The notes beneath the pieces were generated by a model. It did not search any database. It saw only the letters and a list, made by a program, of their open reading frames with translations, and had not been told where the DNA came from. From Patescibacteria group bacterium (GTDB lineage Bacteria > Patescibacteriota > Patescibacteriia > JACQRZ01), in NCBI GenBank assembly GCA_038065125.1, contig JBBTRP010000006.1, positions 172 to 64,171 on the forward strand: DNA of 64,000 nucleotides, read 5' to 3'. A program made the translations under genes and the position numbers. Shown here one piece after another: positions 56,402 through 64,000 of the stretch (within the stretch, counting starts at the first letter, position 1; each line of letters opens with the position of its first letter).

Positions 56402-57336
56402 TTATCACGGGCGCAGACGGGTTCATAGGTCGAAACCTCTTCGACTTTTTTGCATCACATAAGGAGTATGATGTTTGGGGGACGTATCACCTCAAAAAAT
56501 CATTCGATCATCCTAATCTTATTCAGGCTGATTTGATGCGTCGTGAGGATGTATCACGCATCTGTACGGGCGCAGACATCATTGTCCACGCCGCAGCAGT
56601 TACCTCCGGGGCGAAGAATATAGTATCGCGACCCTATATTTATGTGACAGACAATACAATCATGAACACCCTCCTGTTTCAGGAGGTATATGACAGATCA
56701 ATTTCACGATTCATTTTTTTTAGTTGCTCCGTAATGTACCCGATGGATCGTACTGTTCCCGTGAAGGAAGAAGACGTCGATCTTGAGAACGGCATCCATC
56801 GAGCGTACTTCGGCGGTGCTTGGATGAAGGTGTACGCAGAAAAAATTTGTGAGTTTTATTCGCGATTAGGACGCACGTCGTTTACGGTGATTCGACATTC
56901 GAACATCTACGGCCCTCATGACACTTTTGACCAAGATAAAGCGCATGTGTTTGCCGCAACGATTCTTAAAGTGATGAACGGCAAGGACTCAATCACCGTG
57001 TGGGGAGACGGGTCGGAGCGGCGAGATCTTCTCTATATCGACGACCTCATTCGTTTCGTCGGTCTTGCTCTCGCAAAACAGAAATCTCCGTATGAGCTAG
57101 TTAATGTCGGGGTTGGCCGCGCAGTGTCAGTTGCAGAGCTCGTATCAAGAATTGTCACACATTCCGGCAAGAAACTACAGATACATTTTGATCCATCGAA
57201 ACCGACAATTCCGAGCAGGCTCGCGCTTGATTACTCAAAAGCCCGCGAGCTGTTCAATTGGGAGCCAAGCACAACACTGGATGATGGCATTAAAAAAACT
57301 CTTGACTGGTACGGTCGTCAGTCTTTGGCGACCTGA
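56383..57336 (+). CDS. NAD-dependent epimerase/dehydratase (extended SDR)
   Basis: IVITGADGFIGRNL. YAEKICE-region YxxxK. Confidence 0.8.
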   Translation: MPTKKIVITGADGFIGRNLFDFFASHKEYDVWGTYHLKKSFDHPNLIQADLMRREDVSRICTGADIIVHAAAVTSGAKNIVSRPYIYVTDNTIMNTLLFQEVYDRSISRFIFFSCSVMYPMDRTVPVKEEDVDLENGIHRAYFGGAWMKVYAEKICEFYSRLGRTSFTVIRHSNIYGPHDTFDQDKAHVFAATILKVMNGKDSITVWGDGSERRDLLYIDDLIRFVGLALAKQKSPYELVNVGVGRAVSVAELVSRIVTHSGKKLQIHFDPSKPTIPSRLALDYSKARELFNWEPSTTLDDGIKKTLDWYGRQSLAT

Positions 57337-58349
57337 ACCGAATCACGAAAGACATTATATTTTGTGTCAGACGCGGTACGGTGAGCAAGAAACCATTTGA
57401 CGGTTTCGCGGATTCCGTCCTCAAGCGCAACGCGGGGTGCGTAGCCGATGGATTTTGCACGCTCTATATCCATAATTCGGATTGCGTCGCCGCTCTTTTT
57501 TGAACTATCCCACACAACGTTTGGCGGCTGTGGAAATGCTGCGCAGATTGCGTCGACGAGCTGTCGAATACTCACTCCTGTTCCCGAGCCAAGGTTGATC
57601 GGACGACCATCCGCATGTTCCATTGCAAGGAGCATTCCATGCGCGACGTCTTGCGAATGGACAAAGTCACGGATTTCCGAACCGTCGCCCCAGACAGTGA
57701 GCGGGTTTTCGCCATCCGCAATTCTTCGAATGAGCGAAGGGATCACCATGGCATTAGCTGGGTCAAAATTATCAAAAGGCCCATAGGTGTTTGCCGGGCG
57801 AACGATCGCGATTTTCGTCCAGCCATATTCGATCGCGTACGCTTCTGCCTGCAACTCTCCCATGCGCTTTGCCCATCCGCCGAACCAGTCGAGCCTCGAG
57901 GGCATTGTCTTCCAAACATCATCTTCAAAAAACCGCTGAGCAGGTCCATAGACGCCGAGGGTGCTTGTGTAGAGATAACGCTTTACACCAGAGACTCGTG
58001 CAGCTTCCATCATGTTGGTGTTGAATAAGATGCCGGGCACGAAAATACTCGCGGGACGCGACAGTGTCGTGCCGGCGCCGACTTTTATTCCGGCGAGATG
58101 GAAGACGAACTCAATTCCCTCACACGCCTTTAGACAGTTCTGATACTGCATGAGGTTCAGCTTGATGCATTCGACGCCCTCGGGCATTCCCTTCTGCTCA
58201 TCAAGCGAAACGACGCGGACGCGTGCACCTAGGTCAACTAATTGAGAGACGAGCTGTCTTCCAATCATTCCAGTGCCGCCAGTTACAAGAATACTCTTGT
58301 TCAAATAGATACTTTTGTCCATGTGCTTACTATTTTTGTGATGTTTCAC
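57318..58349 (-). CDS. NAD-dependent epimerase/dehydratase (extended SDR)
   Basis: ILVTGGTGMIGRQL. Start may be the internal Met at 58322. Confidence 0.8.
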   Translation of the reverse strand: MKHHKNSKHMDKSIYLNKSILVTGGTGMIGRQLVSQLVDLGARVRVVSLDEQKGMPEGVECIKLNLMQYQNCLKACEGIEFVFHLAGIKVGAGTTLSRPASIFVPGILFNTNMMEAARVSGVKRYLYTSTLGVYGPAQRFFEDDVWKTMPSRLDWFGGWAKRMGELQAEAYAIEYGWTKIAIVRPANTYGPFDNFDPANAMVIPSLIRRIADGENPLTVWGDGSEIRDFVHSQDVAHGMLLAMEHADGRPINLGSGTGVSIRQLVDAICAAFPQPPNVVWDSSKKSGDAIRIMDIERAKSIGYAPRVALEDGIRETVKWFLAHRTASDTKYNVFRDSVQVAKD

Positions 58350-58419
58350 TAGTCTATCAGTCTACCTTAATCTGGACAAGGAGCCCGAGACTGTCTCCAT
58401 GATTGAGGAGTGAGTGGGG

Positions 58420-58448
58420 TTGACAAGAATAAAAAAGTTGCATATAAC
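58420..58448 (+). promoter_or_regulatory. sigma70-like promoter (TTGACA, 17 nt, TATAAC), followed by AGGAGG SD, for the Nudix-DUF218 gene
   Basis: ggttgacaagaataaaaaagttgcatataac, then gaaggaggaacaatcATG at 58481. Confidence 0.4.
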
Positions 58449-58480
58449 GTGGAAGCAAAGGTATAGAAGGAGGAACAATC

Positions 58481-59749
58481 ATGAATAGGAAGAATCTTCC
58501 CACTCTGTATGTGGAGAGCGGAGCTTCTCTGGTAGTCCACAACCGCATCTCTGACAGCGAATTTGCGGCTGCTCAAGACAGGCTGCCTATTCCGTCGACC
58601 GATATTGTCGTGATCAACCTTCAACGAAGAACACTGTATCTCGCTCGGCGGAGTTCTGCACCGGCTGCCGGCCAGTACTGGTGGTTCGGCGGCGCTATGG
58701 TAAAGAGTGAGACCGACCTCCAGGCGGCGCAAAATCGTTTCAGGGACGAAGCAGGGCTCTATCTACCCGAGAACCGTTTTGAATTTGTACGAGCATTCGA
58801 CAATATTTGGGCGGATCGCTGTCAGGAGCCATGCCGCAATGGTGTCCACTTCAAAACTCGTCTCTTCACTGTCGACTTACGGCCAGACGAGCTGGAGGCC
58901 GTACAAAGAAAGGTTGATGACGAGGAGGTTCACTTTTCGTCTCCACTCATGGAGTGTGACCGAAGTGAACTGAACTGGCGGCACCATGCCGGCCAAATCC
59001 CTTCCACGGTTCTTGACGCATATGACGCGATCTTTGCTCCGCAGCAGTTCGCGACCAAGGAGGAATGGTTCGAGCTCCTCATACGCATCTATGGCGACTC
59101 CGTGTCTGCCGTGTATGTCGATGCGGGAAATCGAATCACCTACATCTTCGGTCAAACTAAAGACAACCAGGGGGAGGTCCTCGATGCAGTTTCCGGGCCG
59201 ATGCCTAGTCGCCCAGTTTCTAGACTGATCGCGATCCCGACACTGGAGGCTGGATACGGTTTTCCCGGATACGCCGCATGGAGAAAAGATCTTCTTGAAC
59301 GGGGATTCGATGAGCAGAACATCATCGGCATCGACGAGGCTATAGACCTCGTGCAGCCCTGCACTTCCGCGGAAGCTCTCGGGCTTGTCCGGTGGTTGCA
59401 GGGTCACCCCGAGGTGACGGTCGTTTATATCGTGGCGACGCGGTTGCATATGGCGCGGGTTTTCATTACAACTGTCAGTGCGCTCTATCGCTTGGGCATG
59501 ACACAAGTGAAGGTGTATGCGGCGCCGACGGATGCAGCGTCATGGTGCGAGCACGTCACCCACTCGCAAGGGGTTGAAACCGGCATGCGGCTCGACCTTC
59601 TGCAAGGAGAGCTGGTCCGGATCGAGCGGTACTACGAAAAGTCCGCGAGAGACCCTGATGTTGTCGGGCTGGTGTCTGCCCGCAAGGTACTTGATTATCT
59701 TAACGCTCGCAGCACTCTCGAAACCGTGGTGGAATCAAGCACTCTGTAA
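58481..59749 (+). CDS. Nudix-like hydrolase domain fused to DUF218/YdcF-like domain (hypothetical)
   Basis: Degenerate Nudix box GGAMVKSETDLQAAQNRFRDEAG. C-terminal YdcF-like segment (VVYIVATRLHMARVF). Confidence 0.55.
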   Translation: MNRKNLPTLYVESGASLVVHNRISDSEFAAAQDRLPIPSTDIVVINLQRRTLYLARRSSAPAAGQYWWFGGAMVKSETDLQAAQNRFRDEAGLYLPENRFEFVRAFDNIWADRCQEPCRNGVHFKTRLFTVDLRPDELEAVQRKVDDEEVHFSSPLMECDRSELNWRHHAGQIPSTVLDAYDAIFAPQQFATKEEWFELLIRIYGDSVSAVYVDAGNRITYIFGQTKDNQGEVLDAVSGPMPSRPVSRLIAIPTLEAGYGFPGYAAWRKDLLERGFDEQNIIGIDEAIDLVQPCTSAEALGLVRWLQGHPEVTVVYIVATRLHMARVFITTVSALYRLGMTQVKVYAAPTDAASWCEHVTHSQGVETGMRLDLLQGELVRIERYYEKSARDPDVVGLVSARKVLDYLNARSTLETVVESSTL

Positions 59750-59791
59750 GGGTGCTTCTTTATTTTATGCTCCATGCTAGAGTGAGACCGT

Positions 59792-60955
59792 ATGAACGTG
59801 ACCATTTCTGTCGGAGGAAAGTTCCAAGCGTTTGATCTTGCGAGAGAGCTTGAAAAGAGAGGAGGGCTTTCGCGACTAATTACGTCGTACCCCCGTTCAT
59901 TTCTGGACCCATACGAGGTTCCGCGGTCGAAGGTGCGCTCTGTTCTTCTCAAAGAGGGGATTGAGCGGGCATGGAAGCTGTTACCGTTTAGATTAAGAAC
60001 GTGTTTGAATCCACAGAACCTTGCGTGTGAGACGTATGACAGAATTGCAGAGCAGCTGCTCCCGGGCGAGATAGACATTTTTGTTGGCTTCAGTTCGTTT
60101 TCACTTCACAGTTTGCGAGAAGCAAAAAAGCGCGGAGCAAAAATCGTTATCGAGCGCGCAAGCTCGCACATCGCGTACCAAGACAAGCTCTTGCGTGAGG
60201 AGTATAATAGGCTCGGCACCACAATTTTTCCCTGGCAGCTCTCTCACCCGAAGAATATCGAAAAGGAGCTACTTGAGTACGAGGAGGCAGACTTCATTTC
60301 CGTTCCTTCAACGTTTGTAAAAAATACTTTTCTCGAGTATGGCTTTCCACCCGAGAAGATTGTTGCCATTCCTTACGGTGTAGATGTGCGCATGTTCAGC
60401 CCCACTGTCAAGCGCGACTCGGTTTTCCGACTCATCTTCGGCGGGGGTCTCGTAATCCGCAAGGGCGTACACTATCTTCTGCAGGCCTTCGCGGAGCTTA
60501 ATCTACCCAAAGCCGAGCTCCTTCTTATTGGTCCGGTGACAGAAGAGATTAGACCATTTTTAAAAAAGTATGCCGGATCTTTTAGACAAATCAACTATCA
60601 GCCGCTCTCTGAACTATACAACTTCTACTCCCAAGGTTCTGTTTTTGTTTTTCCTTCACTCGAGGAGGGGCATGGCCTTGTAATCTCCCAGGCTATGGCG
60701 TGCGGCTTACCGGTTATCGTGTCTACAAACACTATTGCGCATGACTTGGTCCGGGAGGGCGCTGACGGGTTTGTGATCCCAGTCCGTGACGTCGATGCGC
60801 TCAAGGAAAAAATACTTTTTTTCTATAATCACCCAGAAAAGAGAGATGAAATGGGCGAGAGTGCCTTACAACGCATGAGACGCTCATTCACTTGGGATGA
60901 GTATGGTGATACAATGATGCGTGCCTATAAAATGATATGCCAATCAGCACGATAG
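59792..60955 (+). CDS. glycosyltransferase family 4
   Basis: VFVFPSLEEGHGLVISQAMACGLPVIV. Confidence 0.8.
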   Translation: MNVTISVGGKFQAFDLARELEKRGGLSRLITSYPRSFLDPYEVPRSKVRSVLLKEGIERAWKLLPFRLRTCLNPQNLACETYDRIAEQLLPGEIDIFVGFSSFSLHSLREAKKRGAKIVIERASSHIAYQDKLLREEYNRLGTTIFPWQLSHPKNIEKELLEYEEADFISVPSTFVKNTFLEYGFPPEKIVAIPYGVDVRMFSPTVKRDSVFRLIFGGGLVIRKGVHYLLQAFAELNLPKAELLLIGPVTEEIRPFLKKYAGSFRQINYQPLSELYNFYSQGSVFVFPSLEEGHGLVISQAMACGLPVIVSTNTIAHDLVREGADGFVIPVRDVDALKEKILFFYNHPEKRDEMGESALQRMRRSFTWDEYGDTMMRAYKMICQSAR

Positions 60956-61998
60956 TCCGCGAAGACATTAAGGTAATTGTCGAAAGCCTTTCGAGTGACT
61001 TGCAGACATTTACTGGTAAATCCGTTCTTGTGACAGGTGGGTGCGGTTTTTTGGGAAGATACCTGATAGCGACATTACTGGAGATGAATGAGAATCTCTC
61101 TATCCCTTGTAAAGTTATATGCGCGGATACATTCATTACTTCTTCTCGGGAGCAGGCAATCTTTGACTCCGACGATCCCAACTTTACCCTTCTGGAGCAC
61201 GATGTGTGCGTGGAGTTGCCGCAGCATATTCGGCCCGACTACATTATCCATGCCGCTGGACTTGCGTCGCCTTTTTACTACCGCAAACATCCGATCGATA
61301 CGATGCGCGTATCAGTTGAGGGTACGCGTACACTACTCGATCGCGCTCGATTTGCGGGTACGAGTAAAATAATTTATTTTAGCTCATCGGAAATCTACGG
61401 CGACCCTGTTCCTGAATGTATTCCCACGCCCGAAACGTACTGGGGAAATGTTTCATGTCTTGGCCCTCGCGCGTGCTATGATGAATCCAAGAGGCTCGGT
61501 GAGACGATTTGTAGCGTCTACCAGTCACTATACGGAGTCCCTGTTTCTATCGTCAGGCCGTTTAATGTATATGGACCTGGGGGACTTGCCGCCCAGGATT
61601 TTCGAGTCATCCCTGCGTTCCTCACGGCAGCTTTTGCGGGGAAAAAGATGCCGGTACACGGCAAAGGGAATCAGACGAGGACATTTTGCTATATGACAGA
61701 CGCAATTGTCGGTTTCTTTAAGGTGCTTCTACATGGAAGGCCTGGCGAGGCGTATAATATTGGGCACAATCAAGATGAAATCAATGTGATCTCGCTTGCT
61801 CACGTCATTACAGAGCTGATCGGCGGGGGTACTCAAGAGCTTGTTGACTATCCGGAGACATACCCTGCGGGCGAGCCTCAGCGACGCTGCCCCGATCTAT
61901 CCAAGGCGCAGCGGGAGCTTCATTTCTCCCCGACAATTGATTTGCGATCTGGTCTTATTCGAACGATTCAATGGTATAGAGAGAGTCAGTTGATATGA
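60937..61998 (+). CDS. UDP-glucuronate decarboxylase (UDP-xylose synthase/ArnA-decarboxylase-like SDR)
   Basis: VLVTGGCGFLGRYL. SSSEIYGDP, YDESKRLGE, RPFNVYGP are characteristic UXS motifs. Confidence 0.85.
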   Translation: MPISTIVREDIKVIVESLSSDLQTFTGKSVLVTGGCGFLGRYLIATLLEMNENLSIPCKVICADTFITSSREQAIFDSDDPNFTLLEHDVCVELPQHIRPDYIIHAAGLASPFYYRKHPIDTMRVSVEGTRTLLDRARFAGTSKIIYFSSSEIYGDPVPECIPTPETYWGNVSCLGPRACYDESKRLGETICSVYQSLYGVPVSIVRPFNVYGPGGLAAQDFRVIPAFLTAAFAGKKMPVHGKGNQTRTFCYMTDAIVGFFKVLLHGRPGEAYNIGHNQDEINVISLAHVITELIGGGTQELVDYPETYPAGEPQRRCPDLSKAQRELHFSPTIDLRSGLIRTIQWYRESQLI

Positions 61999-62780
61999 TG
62001 AATGCTCACCAAACAACAGAGGCGTGGAGAAGAGTCATGACCCCAGAGAGTTATCGTGAGACGGTTACCTCACAAACGGAGCTCAAGCGCGTTACCTCAT
62101 TCTCACGCCTCTGGAGACGTATCTTTCGTCACCTACCACCAGTCAGCCTCGATACGCTTGCAATATTTGAGGCTGGCTGCGGAGGGGGGAAACACCTCGC
62201 ACCGTTTGCATACGCCGGCGCGCGCATCTCCGGACTTGACTGCTCAGAAGCAGCGATTCTCAACGCGCGACAGTTATTTGTAGATATTGAGCGCATCTCC
62301 GGTAAGAACCTGTCTGCGACCCTTGAGTGTGGAGATTTTTTTGTATATAACTCGAAATCAAACTATGACATTGTTTTCCACTCCGGGGTTATTGAACACT
62401 TTTTGGATGCAGGTGAGAGAATACAGTTTTTAAGAAAAATGACCTCGTGTGTAGTGAGTGGAGGAACGGTCGTCTCAATAGTTCCCAACGGTTGTCACCC
62501 GCTGCGTGGTCGTATGAAAAAAGAGGGTCTGGGCGGCTATCTAATTCCTGAAATTGATTATACGCCAGAGCTCATGCATGCAGAATTTGAAGAGGCGGGT
62601 CTCGAAAATGTGACGATTCTTGCGCATAACCTTTTCGACTACCTGACACTCGATAAACCTTCCGTATTTGCCCGAGTTGCATACATTGGGTTACAGCTTT
62701 TATCGCCGAATCTTTTCCCATTATCATTTTCGAGTCGCCACGCCGGCACCCTCATTGCACTTGGCACTGTTCGACGATAA
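61995..62780 (+). CDS. class I SAM-dependent methyltransferase
   Basis: IFEAGCGGGKHL motif I. Confidence 0.75.
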   Translation: MMNAHQTTEAWRRVMTPESYRETVTSQTELKRVTSFSRLWRRIFRHLPPVSLDTLAIFEAGCGGGKHLAPFAYAGARISGLDCSEAAILNARQLFVDIERISGKNLSATLECGDFFVYNSKSNYDIVFHSGVIEHFLDAGERIQFLRKMTSCVVSGGTVVSIVPNGCHPLRGRMKKEGLGGYLIPEIDYTPELMHAEFEEAGLENVTILAHNLFDYLTLDKPSVFARVAYIGLQLLSPNLFPLSFSSRHAGTLIALGTVRR

Positions 62781-62783
62781 GAA

Positions 62784-64000
62784 ATTGTTGTTATGGATGA
62801 TTTGAGAGAGCGCGTTCTAATTTCGGTGGTGCGATACGTCTCCTACGGAGTTTTTATTATTCCGTTGTTTATTACGCGGACCACATTTTTTCCGTATATA
62901 TTCGGCAAGATGCTCGTATTCCAGGCGCTTGTTGAAATTGGGGGTTTGGCGTGGCTGCTCCTTGCGATGATGTCTCCTCGATATCGACCATCATGGCGTA
63001 ATCCGATCGTTTCTAGCGTTACGGCGTTTATCGGCGTCCTCGTTATAAGCACTTTTGTAAGTACGTCGCCCCAAGCATCGCTGTGGTCAAGTCAGGAGCG
63101 TATGACCGGATTAGTCGCGCTTCTTCATTTCTGGCTATGGTTCCTGACGCTTCACGCCTGCTTCCGCTCCTCAAGGGAGTGGGATCAGTTCATTCGTTTC
63201 AGTATCGTCATCTCACTCGTTGTTGGACTCTATGGCCTCGGACAGAAGTTTCATCTGCCGTTTGTCATGCCAAACGCCACTGGTGAGAGGCTTGCATCAA
63301 CACTGGGAAATCCCATTTATCTCGGGATCTATTCGATGATTCATGTTTTTCTATCCGGAATTCTGGCGCTAAAAGCGACCTCAAGAAAAGGAATCTTTTT
63401 TTATAGTGCATTAGTGGTTTTTAACGTAGCGATACTTTTATTATCCTATAGTAGGGGGGTGTTTTATGTATTTCTTCTCTCCTGCGTTATCCTCGCGATA
63501 TACGCGGTGATGCTAAGGGTCAAAAAATTCTCATGGGCCGCCGTCGCAGGCTCACTCGGAATAATAATCCTTTTGATATTCGGCCTTCTCTGGATTCGAT
63601 CACCGGCCGCGTCTGCGTATCTATCAAAAACCCCCGAAGCATTTCAAAGAGTCATCACGCGTAATGTCGTCGACAACGATCGCATCGCGCTGTGGTCGGT
63701 GGGCATACGCGGCTTTCTGGAAAGGCCGCTTTTCGGCTGGGGCTTGGAAAACTTCAATCTCGTTTATTATAAATTGACGCACCCTACTGAGCGAGGAGCT
63801 CATTTGCAACAGGCGTGGTTTGATCGATCGCACAATCAAGTTATTGATATACTCTCGCTGAGTGGTGTCATCGGATTTACGGCCTACGCTGCTGTCTGGG
63901 TGCTCCTCATGGGGTGTTTGATGCGGCATATACGGAAAGCGCTATCCGTCCGCGAGAAATTGTGCAGTGCAGCGCTCCTTGTACTCTTTGGCGCCTATTT
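62784..64000 (+). CDS. O-antigen ligase/polymerase-like polytopic membrane protein (Wzy_C domain), 3' end beyond window
   Basis: Frame translated by hand is open to the window end, so it is absent from the ORF track. About 10 TM. Wzy_C signature SHNQVIDILSLSGVIG (HNxxL..G). Confidence 0.65.
   Translation, partial: MVVMDDLRERVLISVVRYVSYGVFIIPLFITRTTFFPYIFGKMLVFQALVEIGGLAWLLLAMMSPRYRPSWRNPIVSSVTAFIGVLVISTFVSTSPQASLWSSQERMTGLVALLHFWLWFLTLHACFRSSREWDQFIRFSIVISLVVGLYGLGQKFHLPFVMPNATGERLASTLGNPIYLGIYSMIHVFLSGILALKATSRKGIFFYSALVVFNVAILLLSYSRGVFYVFLLSCVILAIYAVMLRVKKFSWAAVAGSLGIIILLIFGLLWIRSPAASAYLSKTPEAFQRVITRNVVDNDRIALWSVGIRGFLERPLFGWGLENFNLVYYKLTHPTERGAHLQQAWFDRSHNQVIDILSLSGVIGFTAYAAVWVLLMGCLMRHIRKALSVREKLCSAALLVLFGAY

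Noticed and set aside
63083-63929. ORF-track entries 63083-63286(+) and 63624-63929(-)
   Set aside because: They lie in alternative frames of the hand-translated open frame 62784-64000, which encodes a coherent 10-TM Wzy_C/ligase-like protein.
9152-64000. Mobile element, phage or defense-system content in the island
   Set aside because: No integrase, transposase, recombinase, restriction-modification, toxin-antitoxin or phage structural motifs were recognised. Only the tRNA-adjacent scar hints at past mobility.

Overview
This 64-kb window reads as a Gram-positive-like or CPR-like bacterial chromosome segment (about 50% GC, many 4-bp ATGA start/stop overlaps). It has two parts. Part 1 (1-9150) is housekeeping: dprA (cut off by the window edge), topA, a minus-strand oxidative-stress operon (rubredoxin, peroxiredoxin, superoxide dismutase), a short Rel/SpoT (p)ppGpp enzyme, a PEGA-domain membrane protein, an LCP (LytR-CpsA-Psr) glycopolymer transferase and a tRNA-Val(CAC). 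A degenerate copy of the tRNA's own 3' half follows it. Part 2 (9152 to the window end, over 54 kb, about 50 genes) is one continuous cell-surface glycan biosynthesis island. It encodes a CapD/PglF-like dehydratase, a WecA-like initiating transferase, at least 11 glycosyltransferases (GT2, GT4 and two polytopic GT-C-like), at least 12 SDR epimerase/dehydratase/reductases, a Wzx flippase and an O-antigen-ligase-like membrane protein that runs off the window. It also carries enzyme sets for several unusual nucleotide or lipid-linked sugars. These are a heptose module (GmhA, an HddA-like GHMP kinase, GmhB, and an HldE-domain-I kinase fused to a cupin); a CDP-hexose module (RfbF, RfbG) with RmlC-like and RmlD-like enzymes and two paralogous TylCIII/NovU-family sugar C-methyltransferases; GDP-mannose 4,6-dehydratase with a Fcl-like reductase; a PMP-dependent 3-dehydrase (E1/ColD type, active-site Lys replaced by His) with a reductase; a PDH-E1 alpha/beta-like ThDP enzyme pair with no E2/E3; a UbiA/DPPR-synthase-like prenyltransferase with phosphatase, FAD oxidoreductase and SDRs next to a GT-C (a DPA-like lipid-linked pentose route); a UDP-glucuronate decarboxylase; an AsnB-like amidotransferase; two SAM methyltransferases; and a Nudix-DUF218 fusion. 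No transposase, integrase or CRISPR array was recognised. All functional calls come from reading motifs and domain order by eye. None was verified by a search.
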